A stretch of 64,000 nucleotides of DNA from Thermodesulfobacteriota bacterium (GTDB taxonomy: Bacteria; Desulfobacterota; Binatia; UBA9968; JAJDTQ01). The notes under the pieces were generated by a model that worked only from the letters and a program-made list of their open reading frames with translations, did not search any database and was not told where the DNA came from. The DNA lies in NCBI GenBank assembly GCA_965116735.1, contig OZ220712.1:87378-151377 (forward strand), in the 5' to 3' direction. The stretch's first letter is position 1. Each line of letters starts with the position of its first letter. Both the position numbers and the translations under genes were made by a program. Shown here piece after piece: positions 11,257 through 20,751 of this stretch.

Positions 11257-14064
11257 ATGGCGAGGGCGCGTAAATCAACGCGAAAAGCCGTGGAGAGTCT
11301 CACCCACGGCAAGGCGTCACGAAAGAATATCCCCACGGCTGAATATCAGCCTCTGATGAAGAAGGACGATGAGAGTCCGATCCAGGTCGCCTATGAGCGC
11401 CGCAACCGAGACCTCGACCCACAACTCGTCTGGCGCGGCAAGGATTTGCAGGACTGGTCCGACCTCGTTGTACAGGCGCCGCCGCTGTTCATACAGGAAA
11501 AGGTTCACCCGAAGGCGCTGATCGAGGATCTCCTGCGCAGAAGCAAGCAAGGGGAACAGGCGGGTGACGAGCCCGGTTTCCAGCCGGATCTGTTCGCCGA
11601 TTTCAACGGTCTTCCTTCCGAGGACGCCAAGACCGAGTTCTACCAGCACGATGCCAACTGGTCGAACCGGATGATCCTGGGCGACAGCCTGCAGGTGATG
11701 GCTTCGCTGGCGGAGAGGGAAGGGCTGCGCGGCAAGGTGCAGTGCATCTACATCGACCCGCCCTACGGCATCAAGTTCAACTCCAACTTCCAGTGGTCAA
11801 CCACCAGCCGCGACGTCAAAGACGGCAATGCGCAGCACATCACCCGCGAGCCGGAACAGGTGAAGGCGTTTCGGGATACGTGGCGGGATGGGATTCACTC
11901 GTATCTGACGTATTTGCGGGATCGGCTCACTCTGGCGCGGGATTTGTTGGCTGAAAGCGGGTCGGTGTTTGTGCAGATCGGGGACGAAAATGTGCATCGG
12001 GTGCGGGCAGTGATGGATGAGGTGTTTGGTGGCGATAGTTTCGTTACGGAGATCAAATTCAAAACGACAAGCAACCGAACCTCGGAGTTCATCCCTACGG
12101 TCTTTGATTCCATAGTCTTCTACGCTAAAGATCGAGACAAGCTGAAGTTCCGTCGGCCATTTCGTTCAAAAGGCTACGATGAAGTAACTGAAGATTCTTA
12201 CGGTTGCGTAGAGGAGTCGCTCAACTCCTGGAGAAGACTGACCAGACACGAAAAGGACCATCCGAACCAAGCAGAGAAAAATGGGCCGCTGTTCGGTTTA
12301 AGTGATCTGACTTCGTCCCACGAATATACAAGGGAACCGTTCCAGTGGTTCCATAAGTCATTCACTACAAGGCGGCGTTACTGGTCGACTTCACATGATG
12401 GGTTAACTCGGCTGGGTAGAGCGAATCGTCTTTGCGACGTTAACGGCACCCTTCGATACAAGCGTCTATTCAAAGATACGCATGTTTTCGCATTGGACAA
12501 TATCTGGCATGAGTTAGGTAGTGGTTCTCAGACAGAAGAACGGACCTACGTCGTCCAAACGCTTTCGAAAGCCGTCGAACGCTGCATCCTCATGGCCACC
12601 GACCCTGGTGACCTCGTCCTCGACCCTACCTGCGGCTCTGGCACCGCCGCGTACGTCGCCGAGCAGTGGGGCCGCCGCTGGATCACCATCGACACCTCTC
12701 GCGTTGCCCTCGCGCTCGCTCGCGCGCGCATCATGGGCGCCCGTTATCCCTACTACCTGCTCGCTGACAGCCGCGACGGCCAAATCAAAGAAGCTGAGCT
12801 CGTCCGTAAAGCCCCCTCGCATGCGCCCACGTATGACGACATCCGACAAGGCTTCGTTTACGAGCGCGTCCCCCACATCACACTTAAGTCCATCGCGAAC
12901 AACGCTGAAATCGACGTGATCTGGGAAAAATTCCAGGAAACGCTGGAGCCGCTACGTCAGGACTTGAACGACGCGCTCGGCGCATCCTACGAGGAATGGG
13001 AAATTCCGCGCGACCCGGATGAGGCTTGGTCTGCGAAGGCGCGAGGTATTCACGCGGACTGGTGGGAACAACGCATCGCCCGGCAAAAGGAAATCGATGC
13101 CTCCATCGCCGCTAAGGCCGACTACGAATACCTCTACGACAAACCATACGAAGACGGCAAGAAGGTTCGCGTCGCCGGCCCCTTTACGGTGGAGAGTCTA
13201 TCGCCACACCGCCTGCTAGCCGTCGATGAACACGATGAACTCATCGACAAGGCCGCCGAAAGCACGGTCGAATACGGCGACCGGCAGGACTTCGCCGCGA
13301 TGATCCTCGAGAATCTCAAGACCTCCGGCGTCCAGCAGGCTCACAAAGAGGACCGCATCGCCTTCTCCAGTATCAGACCCTGGCCCGGGAGTTTCATTTG
13401 CGCCGAGGCAACCTACGTCGAAGGCAACGCCGACTCGGGTCCTAGAAAGCGCGCCGGCGTCTTCATCGGCCCAGAATTCGGAACCGTCTCCCGCCCCGAT
13501 CTCGTATCGGCGGTGCGCGAGGCCGCCGACGCCGACTTCGACGTGCTGATCGCCTGTGCCTTCAACTACGACGCTCACGCTTCGGAGTTCAACAAACTCG
13601 GCCGCATCCCAGTCCTCAAGGCCCGCATGAACGCTGACCTCCACATGGCCGACGACCTCAAGAACACCGGCAAAGGCAATCTCTTCGTCATCTTTGGCGA
13701 ACCGGACATCGACATTCTCGACGCGGAGAACGGACAGATCCAAGTCAAGGTTAACGGCGTGGATGTGTTCCACCCCAACACCGGAGAGATCCGCAGTGAC
13801 GGCGCCGACGGTATCGCCTGCTGGTTCATCGATACCGACTACAACGAGGAAAGCTTCTTCGTCCGCCACGCCTACTTCCTTGGCGCCAACGACCCGTACA
13901 AGGCACTCAAGACCACCCTCAAGGCCGAGATCAACGAGGAGGCGTGGGAGACGCTACACAGCGACACTTCCCGGCCTTTCGACAAACCTGCCTCCGGCCG
14001 CATCGCCGTCAAGGTAATCAATCACTTCGGGGACGAAGTGATGAAAGTATTTCGAGCCTATTGA
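11257..14064 (+). CDS. mod: Type III-like N6-adenine DNA methyltransferase (Mod)
   Basis: IYIDPPYGIKF catalytic motif, VLDPTCGSGT SAM-binding motif, central variable region; current stop supplied by IS630. Confidence 0.92.
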   Translation: MARARKSTRKAVESLTHGKASRKNIPTAEYQPLMKKDDESPIQVAYERRNRDLDPQLVWRGKDLQDWSDLVVQAPPLFIQEKVHPKALIEDLLRRSKQGEQAGDEPGFQPDLFADFNGLPSEDAKTEFYQHDANWSNRMILGDSLQVMASLAEREGLRGKVQCIYIDPPYGIKFNSNFQWSTTSRDVKDGNAQHITREPEQVKAFRDTWRDGIHSYLTYLRDRLTLARDLLAESGSVFVQIGDENVHRVRAVMDEVFGGDSFVTEIKFKTTSNRTSEFIPTVFDSIVFYAKDRDKLKFRRPFRSKGYDEVTEDSYGCVEESLNSWRRLTRHEKDHPNQAEKNGPLFGLSDLTSSHEYTREPFQWFHKSFTTRRRYWSTSHDGLTRLGRANRLCDVNGTLRYKRLFKDTHVFALDNIWHELGSGSQTEERTYVVQTLSKAVERCILMATDPGDLVLDPTCGSGTAAYVAEQWGRRWITIDTSRVALALARARIMGARYPYYLLADSRDGQIKEAELVRKAPSHAPTYDDIRQGFVYERVPHITLKSIANNAEIDVIWEKFQETLEPLRQDLNDALGASYEEWEIPRDPDEAWSAKARGIHADWWEQRIARQKEIDASIAAKADYEYLYDKPYEDGKKVRVAGPFTVESLSPHRLLAVDEHDELIDKAAESTVEYGDRQDFAAMILENLKTSGVQQAHKEDRIAFSSIRPWPGSFICAEATYVEGNADSGPRKRAGVFIGPEFGTVSRPDLVSAVREAADADFDVLIACAFNYDAHASEFNKLGRIPVLKARMNADLHMADDLKNTGKGNLFVIFGEPDIDILDAENGQIQVKVNGVDVFHPNTGEIRSDGADGIACWFIDTDYNEESFFVRHAYFLGANDPYKALKTTLKAEINEEAWETLHSDTSRPFDKPASGRIAVKVINHFGDEVMKVFRAY

Positions 14065-15149
14065 GACTCGTAAAATATAGTGACAACAAATAAGAACGAT
14101 GGTATAGTGGCTTGATGGGAAATCCAGTTGGAGTGAGACGGGACTTTGAAGCCTTGGAGCAGCGGCGGATGGAGGCGGGGAGGCTTTTGAAGCGAGGGCT
14201 GTCGGAGGCGGAGGTGTCGCGTCGGGTGGGAGTGCACCGCCAGTCGGTGAATCGATGGGCGCGGCAGTTGGCGGAGGGAGGCCGGGCGGGGCTCAAGCAG
14301 GCGGGGCGAGCGGGACGCAAGCCGCGGCTGAGTGCGGCGGACGTGAAGAAGGTCGAGGGAGGCTTGAAACGGGGACCCGAAGCCCTGGGGTACGACACCA
14401 GCCTGTGGACCGCGAGGCGAGTGGCGCACTTGATCGAGGAGGTCTGCGACGTCCGGTACCACCCTGGCCATGTCTGGCGGCTCTTGCGACAGTTGGGGTG
14501 GAGTTGCCAGCGACCGACGGGGCGTGCGTTGGAACGGGATGAAGAGGCGATCCGGCAGTGGAAGAAGAAGCGATGGCCGGAGCTTAAAAAAAAGCCCGCA
14601 ACGAGGGTCGCACCATAGTGTTCGTGGACGAGAGCGGGCTGAGCGAGCGGCCGAACCGGTATCGCACGTGGTCGCCGCGGGGACAGACGCCGGTGCTGCA
14701 ATATCACTTCAACTGGAAGAGCCTCTCGGCCATTGCCGGGGTCACCTGGTGGCGCTTCTACTTCCGACTGTATCCGGGAGCCATCAAGAGTCCGCAGGTC
14801 ATCGAATTCCTGAAGCACTTGATGCGGCATGTCCCGGGGCCGTTGCTGGTGGTGTGGGACGGGCTGCCCAGCCACCGGAGCCGCGCGGTGCGAGACTTCG
14901 TTGCCGCCACCGAGGGCGTGTTGGTGCTGGAACGACTGCCGGCCTATGCGCCGGAGCTGAATCCGGTCGAGTACCTCTGGGGATACTGGAAGCATCACGA
15001 ACTACCCAACTTCTGCGCCAGGGACTTCGCTCAACTCAGCCACCATGCTCGCCGCGCCCTTCAACGAATGCGCCGCAGGCCACGTCTCGTTACTGCTTTC
15101 TGGAAACAGGCAAGCCTGTTCTGATGTCACTATATTATGCAATACTCAA
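14061..15149 (+). mobile_element. IS630-family insertion sequence, copy 1 (1089 bp)
   Basis: Imperfect 25-bp TIRs TTGAGACTCGTAAAATATAGTGACA / TGTCACTATATTATGCAATACTCAA; TA duplicated (14059-60, 15150-51) in a CTAG target. Confidence 0.93.
14115..15124 (+). CDS. IS630 transposase, two ORFs joined by a -1 frameshift
   Basis: HTH ORF then FVDE..VWDG..APELNPVE DDE ORF in the -1 frame; slippery CTT-A8-G at about 14583-14594. Confidence 0.9.
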
Positions 15150-15176
15150 TAGATGCCGACTTTCGGGATGTATTCG

Positions 15177-15257
15177 ATGATATGGAGTGACAGTCATGGA
15201 GGTGCGGCCTTTACCGTGCCGATATTCGGCGAGTTGGACTATAACGGATGATCAGTG
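15177..15257 (+). repeat. Degenerate copy of the 3' end of the AAA ATPase gene (7184-7273)
   Basis: 48/59 identical bases by manual alignment, then a second similar block ending GATCAGTG. Confidence 0.75.
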
Positions 15258-15297
15258 GAGGCGGTCGTGAAACGTACCCCTAACCTATACGAAGCTA

Positions 15298-16386
15298 TTG
15301 AGACTCGTAAAATATAGTGACAACAAATAAGAACGATGGTATAGTGGCTTGATGGGAAATCCAGTTGGAGTGAGACGGGACTTTGAAGCCTTGGAGCAGC
15401 GGCGGATGGAGGCGGGGAGGCTTTTGAAGCGAGGGCTGTCGGAGGCGGAGGTGTCGCGTCGGGTGGGAGTGCACCGCCAGTCGGTGAATCGATGGGCGCG
15501 GCAGTTGGCGGAGGGAGGCCGGGCGGGGCTCAAGCAGGCGGGGCGAGCGGGACGCAAGCCGCGGCTGAGTGCGGCGGACGTGAAGAAGGTCGAGGGAGGC
15601 TTGAAACGGGGACCCGAAGCCCTGGGGTACGACACCAGCCTGTGGACCGCGAGGCGAGTGGCGCACTTGATCGAGGAGGTCTGCGACGTCCGGTACCACC
15701 CTGGCCATGTCTGGCGGCTCTTGCGACAGTTGGGGTGGAGTTGCCAGCGACCGACGGGGCGTGCGTTGGAACGGGATGAAGAGGCGATCCGGCAGTGGAA
15801 GAAGAAGCGATGGCCGGAGCTTAAAAAAAAGCCCGCAACGAGGGTCGCACCATAGTGTTCGTGGACGAGAGCGGGCTGAGCGAGCGGCCGAACCGGTATC
15901 GCACGTGGTCGCCGCGGGGACAGACGCCGGTGCTGCAATATCACTTCAACTGGAAGAGCCTCTCGGCCATTGCCGGGGTCACCTGGTGGCGCTTCTACTT
16001 CCGACTGTATCCGGGAGCCATCAAGAGTCCGCAGGTCATCGAATTCCTGAAGCACTTGATGCGGCATGTCCCGGGGCCGTTGCTGGTGGTGTGGGACGGG
16101 CTGCCCAGCCACCGGAGCCGCGCGGTGCGAGACTTCGTTGCCGCCACCGAGGGCGTGTTGGTGCTGGAACGACTGCCGGCCTATGCGCCGGAGCTGAATC
16201 CGGTCGAGTACCTCTGGGGATACTGGAAGCATCACGAACTACCCAACTTCTGCGCCAGGGACTTCGCTCAACTCAGCCACCATGCTCGCCGCGCCCTTCA
16301 ACGAATGCGCCGCAGGCCACGTCTCGTTACTGCTTTCTGGAAACAGGCAAGCCTGTTCTGATGTCACTATATTATGCAATACTCAA
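15298..16386 (+). mobile_element. IS630-family insertion sequence, copy 2 (apparently identical to copy 1)
   Basis: Same TIRs and identical translated ORFs; TA duplication in CTAG (gaagC-TA..TA-Gaagcc). Confidence 0.93.
15352..16361 (+). CDS. IS630 transposase, -1 frameshift
   Basis: Translations identical to copy 1. Confidence 0.9.
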
Positions 16387-16505
16387 TAGAAGCCAGTTGC
16401 AGTGGGTTGGTCAGAGGGTGAGGTTGCACCTAGTCAGACTCGGCAAATGGCGGTCGAGGGGTGGTACCCCAACGATTGGTGACCTCAGTGGTGCAGCCAC
16501 ACTAG

Positions 16506-17323
16506 GGCCTGTTAACACTAATCACTATCGTAATGCCTCAACAATGAGCGAGAAGTGGATGAAGCCGAGGAAGACCACGTCGAGCTTCTCGAAGCGGGAG
16601 AAGATGCGCCGGAATCCCTTGAGACGGCGAAACAACCTCTCGATTTCATTGCGGCGCTTGTACATGTGGCGATCATACATCCATGGGTCGAGTCGCGTCG
16701 ACAACGGCGGCACCACGGGGATAAACCCTAGATCGAGGGCCAACTGGCGCGTCTCGTTGCCTTCGTACGCTCGGTCCATGACCAGCGAGGGACTGTCATG
16801 CTGCTGACCCAAGCGATTCAGCAGCTTCCGTCCTTCTGGGGCGTCGTGGGCCTGTCCAGGGGAGAGCGAGAAGGTGATGGCCGTTCGAGCATCCGCGGCA
16901 ACCATATGAATCTTGGTGGTCCAGCCTCCTCGGGATTTGCCGATGGCTTGGGGGCCGTTTTTTTTAGCGCCCCCGTCCCGTCGGGATGGACCTTGACGAT
17001 GGTGCTGTCCAGCGACACCGCCTCGATCTTGATGCGCACCATCTGCTCCCTCTGGAGCAGCTCGAACACCTGGTCCAGCACCCCGTTCTTCGACCAGCGA
17101 TTCATCCGGGTATAGATCGTGTGCCAATTGCCGAACCGAGCCGGTAACCCTCGCCACTTGCAACCATGCTCCGCCACATACAAAATAGCGTTGAGCACCT
17201 GTCGGTTCGAAAGGCTCACATTCCCTCGCTGCACCGGGAGGTACCCTGCAATGCGCTCATATTGCGCTTCCGTCAATTCCATCCCATGAGCATAGCATAT
17301 CTTCAATTTAGTGTTAACAGGCC
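16506..17323 (-). mobile_element. IS5-family (IS427-like) insertion sequence, 818 bp
   Basis: Perfect 16-bp TIR GGCCTGTTAACACTAA flanked by duplicated CTAG (16502-05, 17324-27). Confidence 0.9.
16525..17282 (-). CDS. IS5-family transposase, two ORFs joined by a frameshift
   Basis: GCKWRGLP..FGNWHTIY.R, LDSTIVKVH, GKSRGGWTTKIH, DRAY, YKRRNEIERLF; A8 run at the junction. Confidence 0.9.
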
Positions 17324-18142
17324 CTAGTACAGGTTGGGGAAAGAAGAGGTATTTTGACCGCAGCCCACAATATTAGGTGCAAGTTCCCTGGTGGCAAAAA
17401 CGCACTCAAAGGGGAAACTATGTCGGTTATCTTCGGGAAGCATCAAGGTGCCGAAGTGATATCCAAGGAAGTTGATTTGACCAACGCAGTTGTTGAAGGC
17501 GGTACTGGCACGACTGGAGAACCAGAGGATATGTGCCCAGACATTGCTTGGATACCGTTGGACTCTGAGTCGGCTAATTTCTTCACGCTATACGGGAAAG
17601 TATTTTTTGGCTGGAGAGACAATAGATTTCCTGCCACGTCCGGCCAAACCAACACCACCGACGGTCGTCGTATCGCAGTTGGACACCTTATCACCGGATT
17701 CAGCGGCGAAAGGGAACAGATCGCGTCTGATGTATCTGGGCCCTACATTATGGAAGTCGCCCAGGATGTCTTTTTTCCGGATAGAGAGTGGCGAATAGAT
17801 GGATGGGACTACGAGGAAAGAGTCCTGGAAAGCGGATGTGAAGCCGAAGGTGAACAGATGATGACTTTCGACGATAACGTCTCGCAAGCAGTAAGGGAGG
17901 TAATCCCGTTACGAGTAGACCATGTCGGAGGCCTGAGTGGGGGAGGACTGTGGCGATTTGGTGGTAACGACGACAACCGTTATTTTGATTTGGCAGGAGT
18001 CGTTTGGTACCAGCGTTGGAGAGCTGACGATGGAACACTACGCATAGTAAATCATGGACGGGATAGTATACGAAGAATAATTACGTCCGGGAAGGGAAAT
18101 GCCTCTCAGGAGCGTGACTAGCGGGCTCAATACACACTGTTG

Positions 18143-18778
18143 TCACAAGTCGTCATCCCGCGGCGGGATCTGTAATCCCTGCTGCACCGCCGGCCGACCG
18201 CCAACGCGCGCCAGCCACTCCCGCACGTTGGGATAGCTGTCCAGGTCGATCTCTTGCATCTGCCAGCGGTAGATCCAGGGGTAGGCGGCCACGTCGGCTA
18301 TGGAGTAGTCCCCCGCCAGATAGTCCCGTCCTTCCAGCCCGCGGTCGAGCACCCCGTAGACGCGGTTGTTCTCCGTCTGCCAGACGTCCAGGTGGGCGTG
18401 CTCCTCGCCGGCGTCGCGGCAGCGGACCTGCCAGTGCACGCCCAGGCCGGTGTGGGTGATGTGGCCGGAGGCGAAGAAGAGCCAGTTCAGCGCTTCCATG
18501 CGGGCGGCCGGGTCATCGGGCAGAAGCCGCCCTGACTTCTCCGCGAGGTAGATCAGGATGGCGCCGGACTCGAACACGGTGACGGCCTCGCCGCCCGGGC
18601 CGTTGTCGTCCACGATGCAGGGTATCCGGCCGTTGGGGTTGATGGCGAGGTACCAGTCTTCCTTCTGTTCCATGTTTTCCAGGGCCATCGGCCTGACGGT
18701 GTATTCCAGTCCCGATTCCTCCAGCATGATGGAGGCCTTGCGGCCGTTGGAGGTTGCCTTGCTGTAAAGCGTGATCAT
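18143..18778 (-). CDS. Glutathione S-transferase family protein (YfcG-like)
   Basis: INPNGRIP, FESGAILIYLAEK, YSIADVA motifs. Confidence 0.9.
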   Translation of the reverse strand: MITLYSKATSNGRKASIMLEESGLEYTVRPMALENMEQKEDWYLAINPNGRIPCIVDDNGPGGEAVTVFESGAILIYLAEKSGRLLPDDPAARMEALNWLFFASGHITHTGLGVHWQVRCRDAGEEHAHLDVWQTENNRVYGVLDRGLEGRDYLAGDYSIADVAAYPWIYRWQMQEIDLDSYPNVREWLARVGGRPAVQQGLQIPPRDDDL

Positions 18779-18886
18779 GTGTCCGTCCTTTTTGGCTGCG
18801 GGTTTATAGAGACTTCATCGAATTCCTGTAAACTGAACACAGGGAATACATCCATCTCAAGGCTCTGCCTCAAAGGATCCCGTCTC

Positions 18887-20524
18887 ATGTCTACACCCTA
18901 TCGCGACGTCCTTGACAAGGTGCGGCTGGCGTTTCCACAGCCGGTCTCCGATCCCATCCACGATTCGTACTTCGTCCACTCCATCATGCGCGCCCTCGAC
19001 CAGGTGGATGCGTTGAAGTCCGACCTGCCGATCCTCGGCGAGTTGGTGCCGGGTGACTTCGAGGCCGCTCGGAAGGCGGTCTTGCCGGAGGGCCCGGCGT
19101 CGGTGGAGGCGGTGACCGCCGATCTCGTGGGCTACCTGCAGGGCATGACCATCTTCGGCCATCCCCGCACACAGCAGAACGTCATTCCGCCGCCCACCAT
19201 CCCCAGCGTCATCGGCGTGCTGCTGGCCGCGTTGTACAACGCCAACGTCGCCTGGGACGAGTACAGCCGGCTGGTGGCGCTGGCCGAGGTGGAGGCCACG
19301 GGCATGACCGCGGGACTCGTGGGCTACGACCCGGATCAGGCCGGCGGCGTGTTCACGTTCGGCGGCACCGGCACGTCCCTCTACGGGGTGAAGATGGGGC
19401 TGGAGAAGGCGTGCCCGAACACGATTCAGAACGGCGTATCCCAGGAGGCCGTGGTCCTGGTATCCGACACCGGGCATTACTGCGCCGCCAACATCGCCGG
19501 CTGGCTCGGCCTGGGCACCCGTAACCTGATCACGGTCCCGACGACTCCGGAGAACGAGATCGATCTGGCGCAACTGGAGGAAGCGGCGCGCAAGGCGTTG
19601 TCGGAAGGCAGGAAGATCGCCGCCATCATCGCCACCATGGGCACCACCGATTCCTTCGGCCTCGACGACCTGGAGGCCATCGCGACGCTGCGGGACACAC
19701 TGGTGGACGAGTTCCAGCTCGCCTACCGGCCGCACATACACGCCGACGCGGTCATCGGCTGGGCTTGGTCGGTGTTCAACGGCTACGATTTCGAGGGCAA
19801 CCCGCTGGGGTTCCGGCCGCGCACGTTGCGCGCCCTAGCGGGGGCGTGCCGCCGCATCCGCCACCTGTCGCTGGCGGATTCCGTGGGCGTGGACTTCCAC
19901 AAGACCGGCTTCACGCCGTACATCTCCAGCCTGGTGCTGGTCAAGGACCGCGCGGACCTGCAGCGGGTGGCGCGGGACCCGGAGCAGATGCCCTACCTCT
20001 ACCACTTCGGCGAGCACCGTCCCGGCATGTACACGCTGGAGACCTCCCGGGCCGGCACCGGCCCCCTCGCCGCCATCGCCAACTACCGCCTGTTCGGGCG
20101 CGAGGGCCTGCGGGTGGTGCTGGGACACATGGTGGAGATGGCGCAGCTCCTGCGCGAGCACCTGGAGGGACGCGAGGGCACCACCGTGCTCAACCGCGAC
20201 AACTTCGGCACGGTGACCCTGTTCCGCGCCTATCCGCCGGGCGTGGATACCTTCTCCATCAAGGGCCAGGAGTTCGCCGACCCGGCCTGCCGCGACACCC
20301 TGCTGGCCCACAACGAGTTCAACCGGAAGATCTTCGGATACGTCCACTCCGAAGCCATGGCCGGCCGCGGCGTGGTCATCTCCTCCACCGACTGCTACCG
20401 CCGCACCGGCTACGGCGAGCCCATCCACGCGTTGAAGTCCTACATCATGTCGCCGTTCGTGGACGAGGCCGACGTCGAGGCCGTGGTCCACAAGATCATG
20501 GAAGCGCGGGAGAGGGTCGATTAG
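18887..20524 (+). CDS. Group II PLP-dependent decarboxylase (DDC/GAD family)
   Basis: GVFTFGGT, ATMGTT, HADA, DFHK (PLP lysine); start at ATG 18887. Confidence 0.85.
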   Translation: MSTPYRDVLDKVRLAFPQPVSDPIHDSYFVHSIMRALDQVDALKSDLPILGELVPGDFEAARKAVLPEGPASVEAVTADLVGYLQGMTIFGHPRTQQNVIPPPTIPSVIGVLLAALYNANVAWDEYSRLVALAEVEATGMTAGLVGYDPDQAGGVFTFGGTGTSLYGVKMGLEKACPNTIQNGVSQEAVVLVSDTGHYCAANIAGWLGLGTRNLITVPTTPENEIDLAQLEEAARKALSEGRKIAAIIATMGTTDSFGLDDLEAIATLRDTLVDEFQLAYRPHIHADAVIGWAWSVFNGYDFEGNPLGFRPRTLRALAGACRRIRHLSLADSVGVDFHKTGFTPYISSLVLVKDRADLQRVARDPEQMPYLYHFGEHRPGMYTLETSRAGTGPLAAIANYRLFGREGLRVVLGHMVEMAQLLREHLEGREGTTVLNRDNFGTVTLFRAYPPGVDTFSIKGQEFADPACRDTLLAHNEFNRKIFGYVHSEAMAGRGVVISSTDCYRRTGYGEPIHALKSYIMSPFVDEADVEAVVHKIMEARERVD

Positions 20525-20526
20525 GG

Positions 20527-20742
20527 TTACCCGGCCCGATAAGTGCGCACCGGCAGCGCTTCAGTTTCCAGGGTAGCAAGGTCGAGGCGTTTGGAGGCAT
20601 TATCGATGTCGAAGCCCACGACATCACCGTTGGCATCGAGGTCGACGTTGAGCCCTCCGGCAACCTCGCGCGTCTCCGTGCCTAGCCCGGCCTTGAGTTC
20701 GACGTATAGGCTGTCGGTTTCGGGATAGTAGTGTAGCTTCAT
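20527..20742 (-). CDS. DUF2283-domain small protein
   Basis: MKLHYYPETDSLYVEL..VDLDANGDVVGFDIDNAS pattern. Confidence 0.8.
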   Translation of the reverse strand: MKLHYYPETDSLYVELKAGLGTETREVAGGLNVDLDANGDVVGFDIDNASKRLDLATLETEALPVRTYRAG

Positions 20743-20751
20743 CGTTCCCCA

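Larger units (their letters stand above)
15267..18121 (+). pseudogene. Trypsin-like serine protease gene interrupted by IS630 copy 2 and IS5
   Basis: Removing both ISs and one TSD each gives a 942-nt frame (313 aa) from GGAGG-N5-GTG 15267, with ILTAAH, PDIAW and GGLSGGG triad motifs. Confidence 0.8.

Noticed and set aside
14583-14620. Split transposase ORFs as pseudogenes
   Set aside because: A8 slippery runs and correct frame relationships fit programmed frameshifting typical of IS630/IS5
14061-16386. Two IS630 copies as a composite transposon or simple tandem duplication
   Set aside because: Each copy has its own TA duplication in a distinct CTAG site, indicating independent insertions; the 148-bp spacer carries no complete gene
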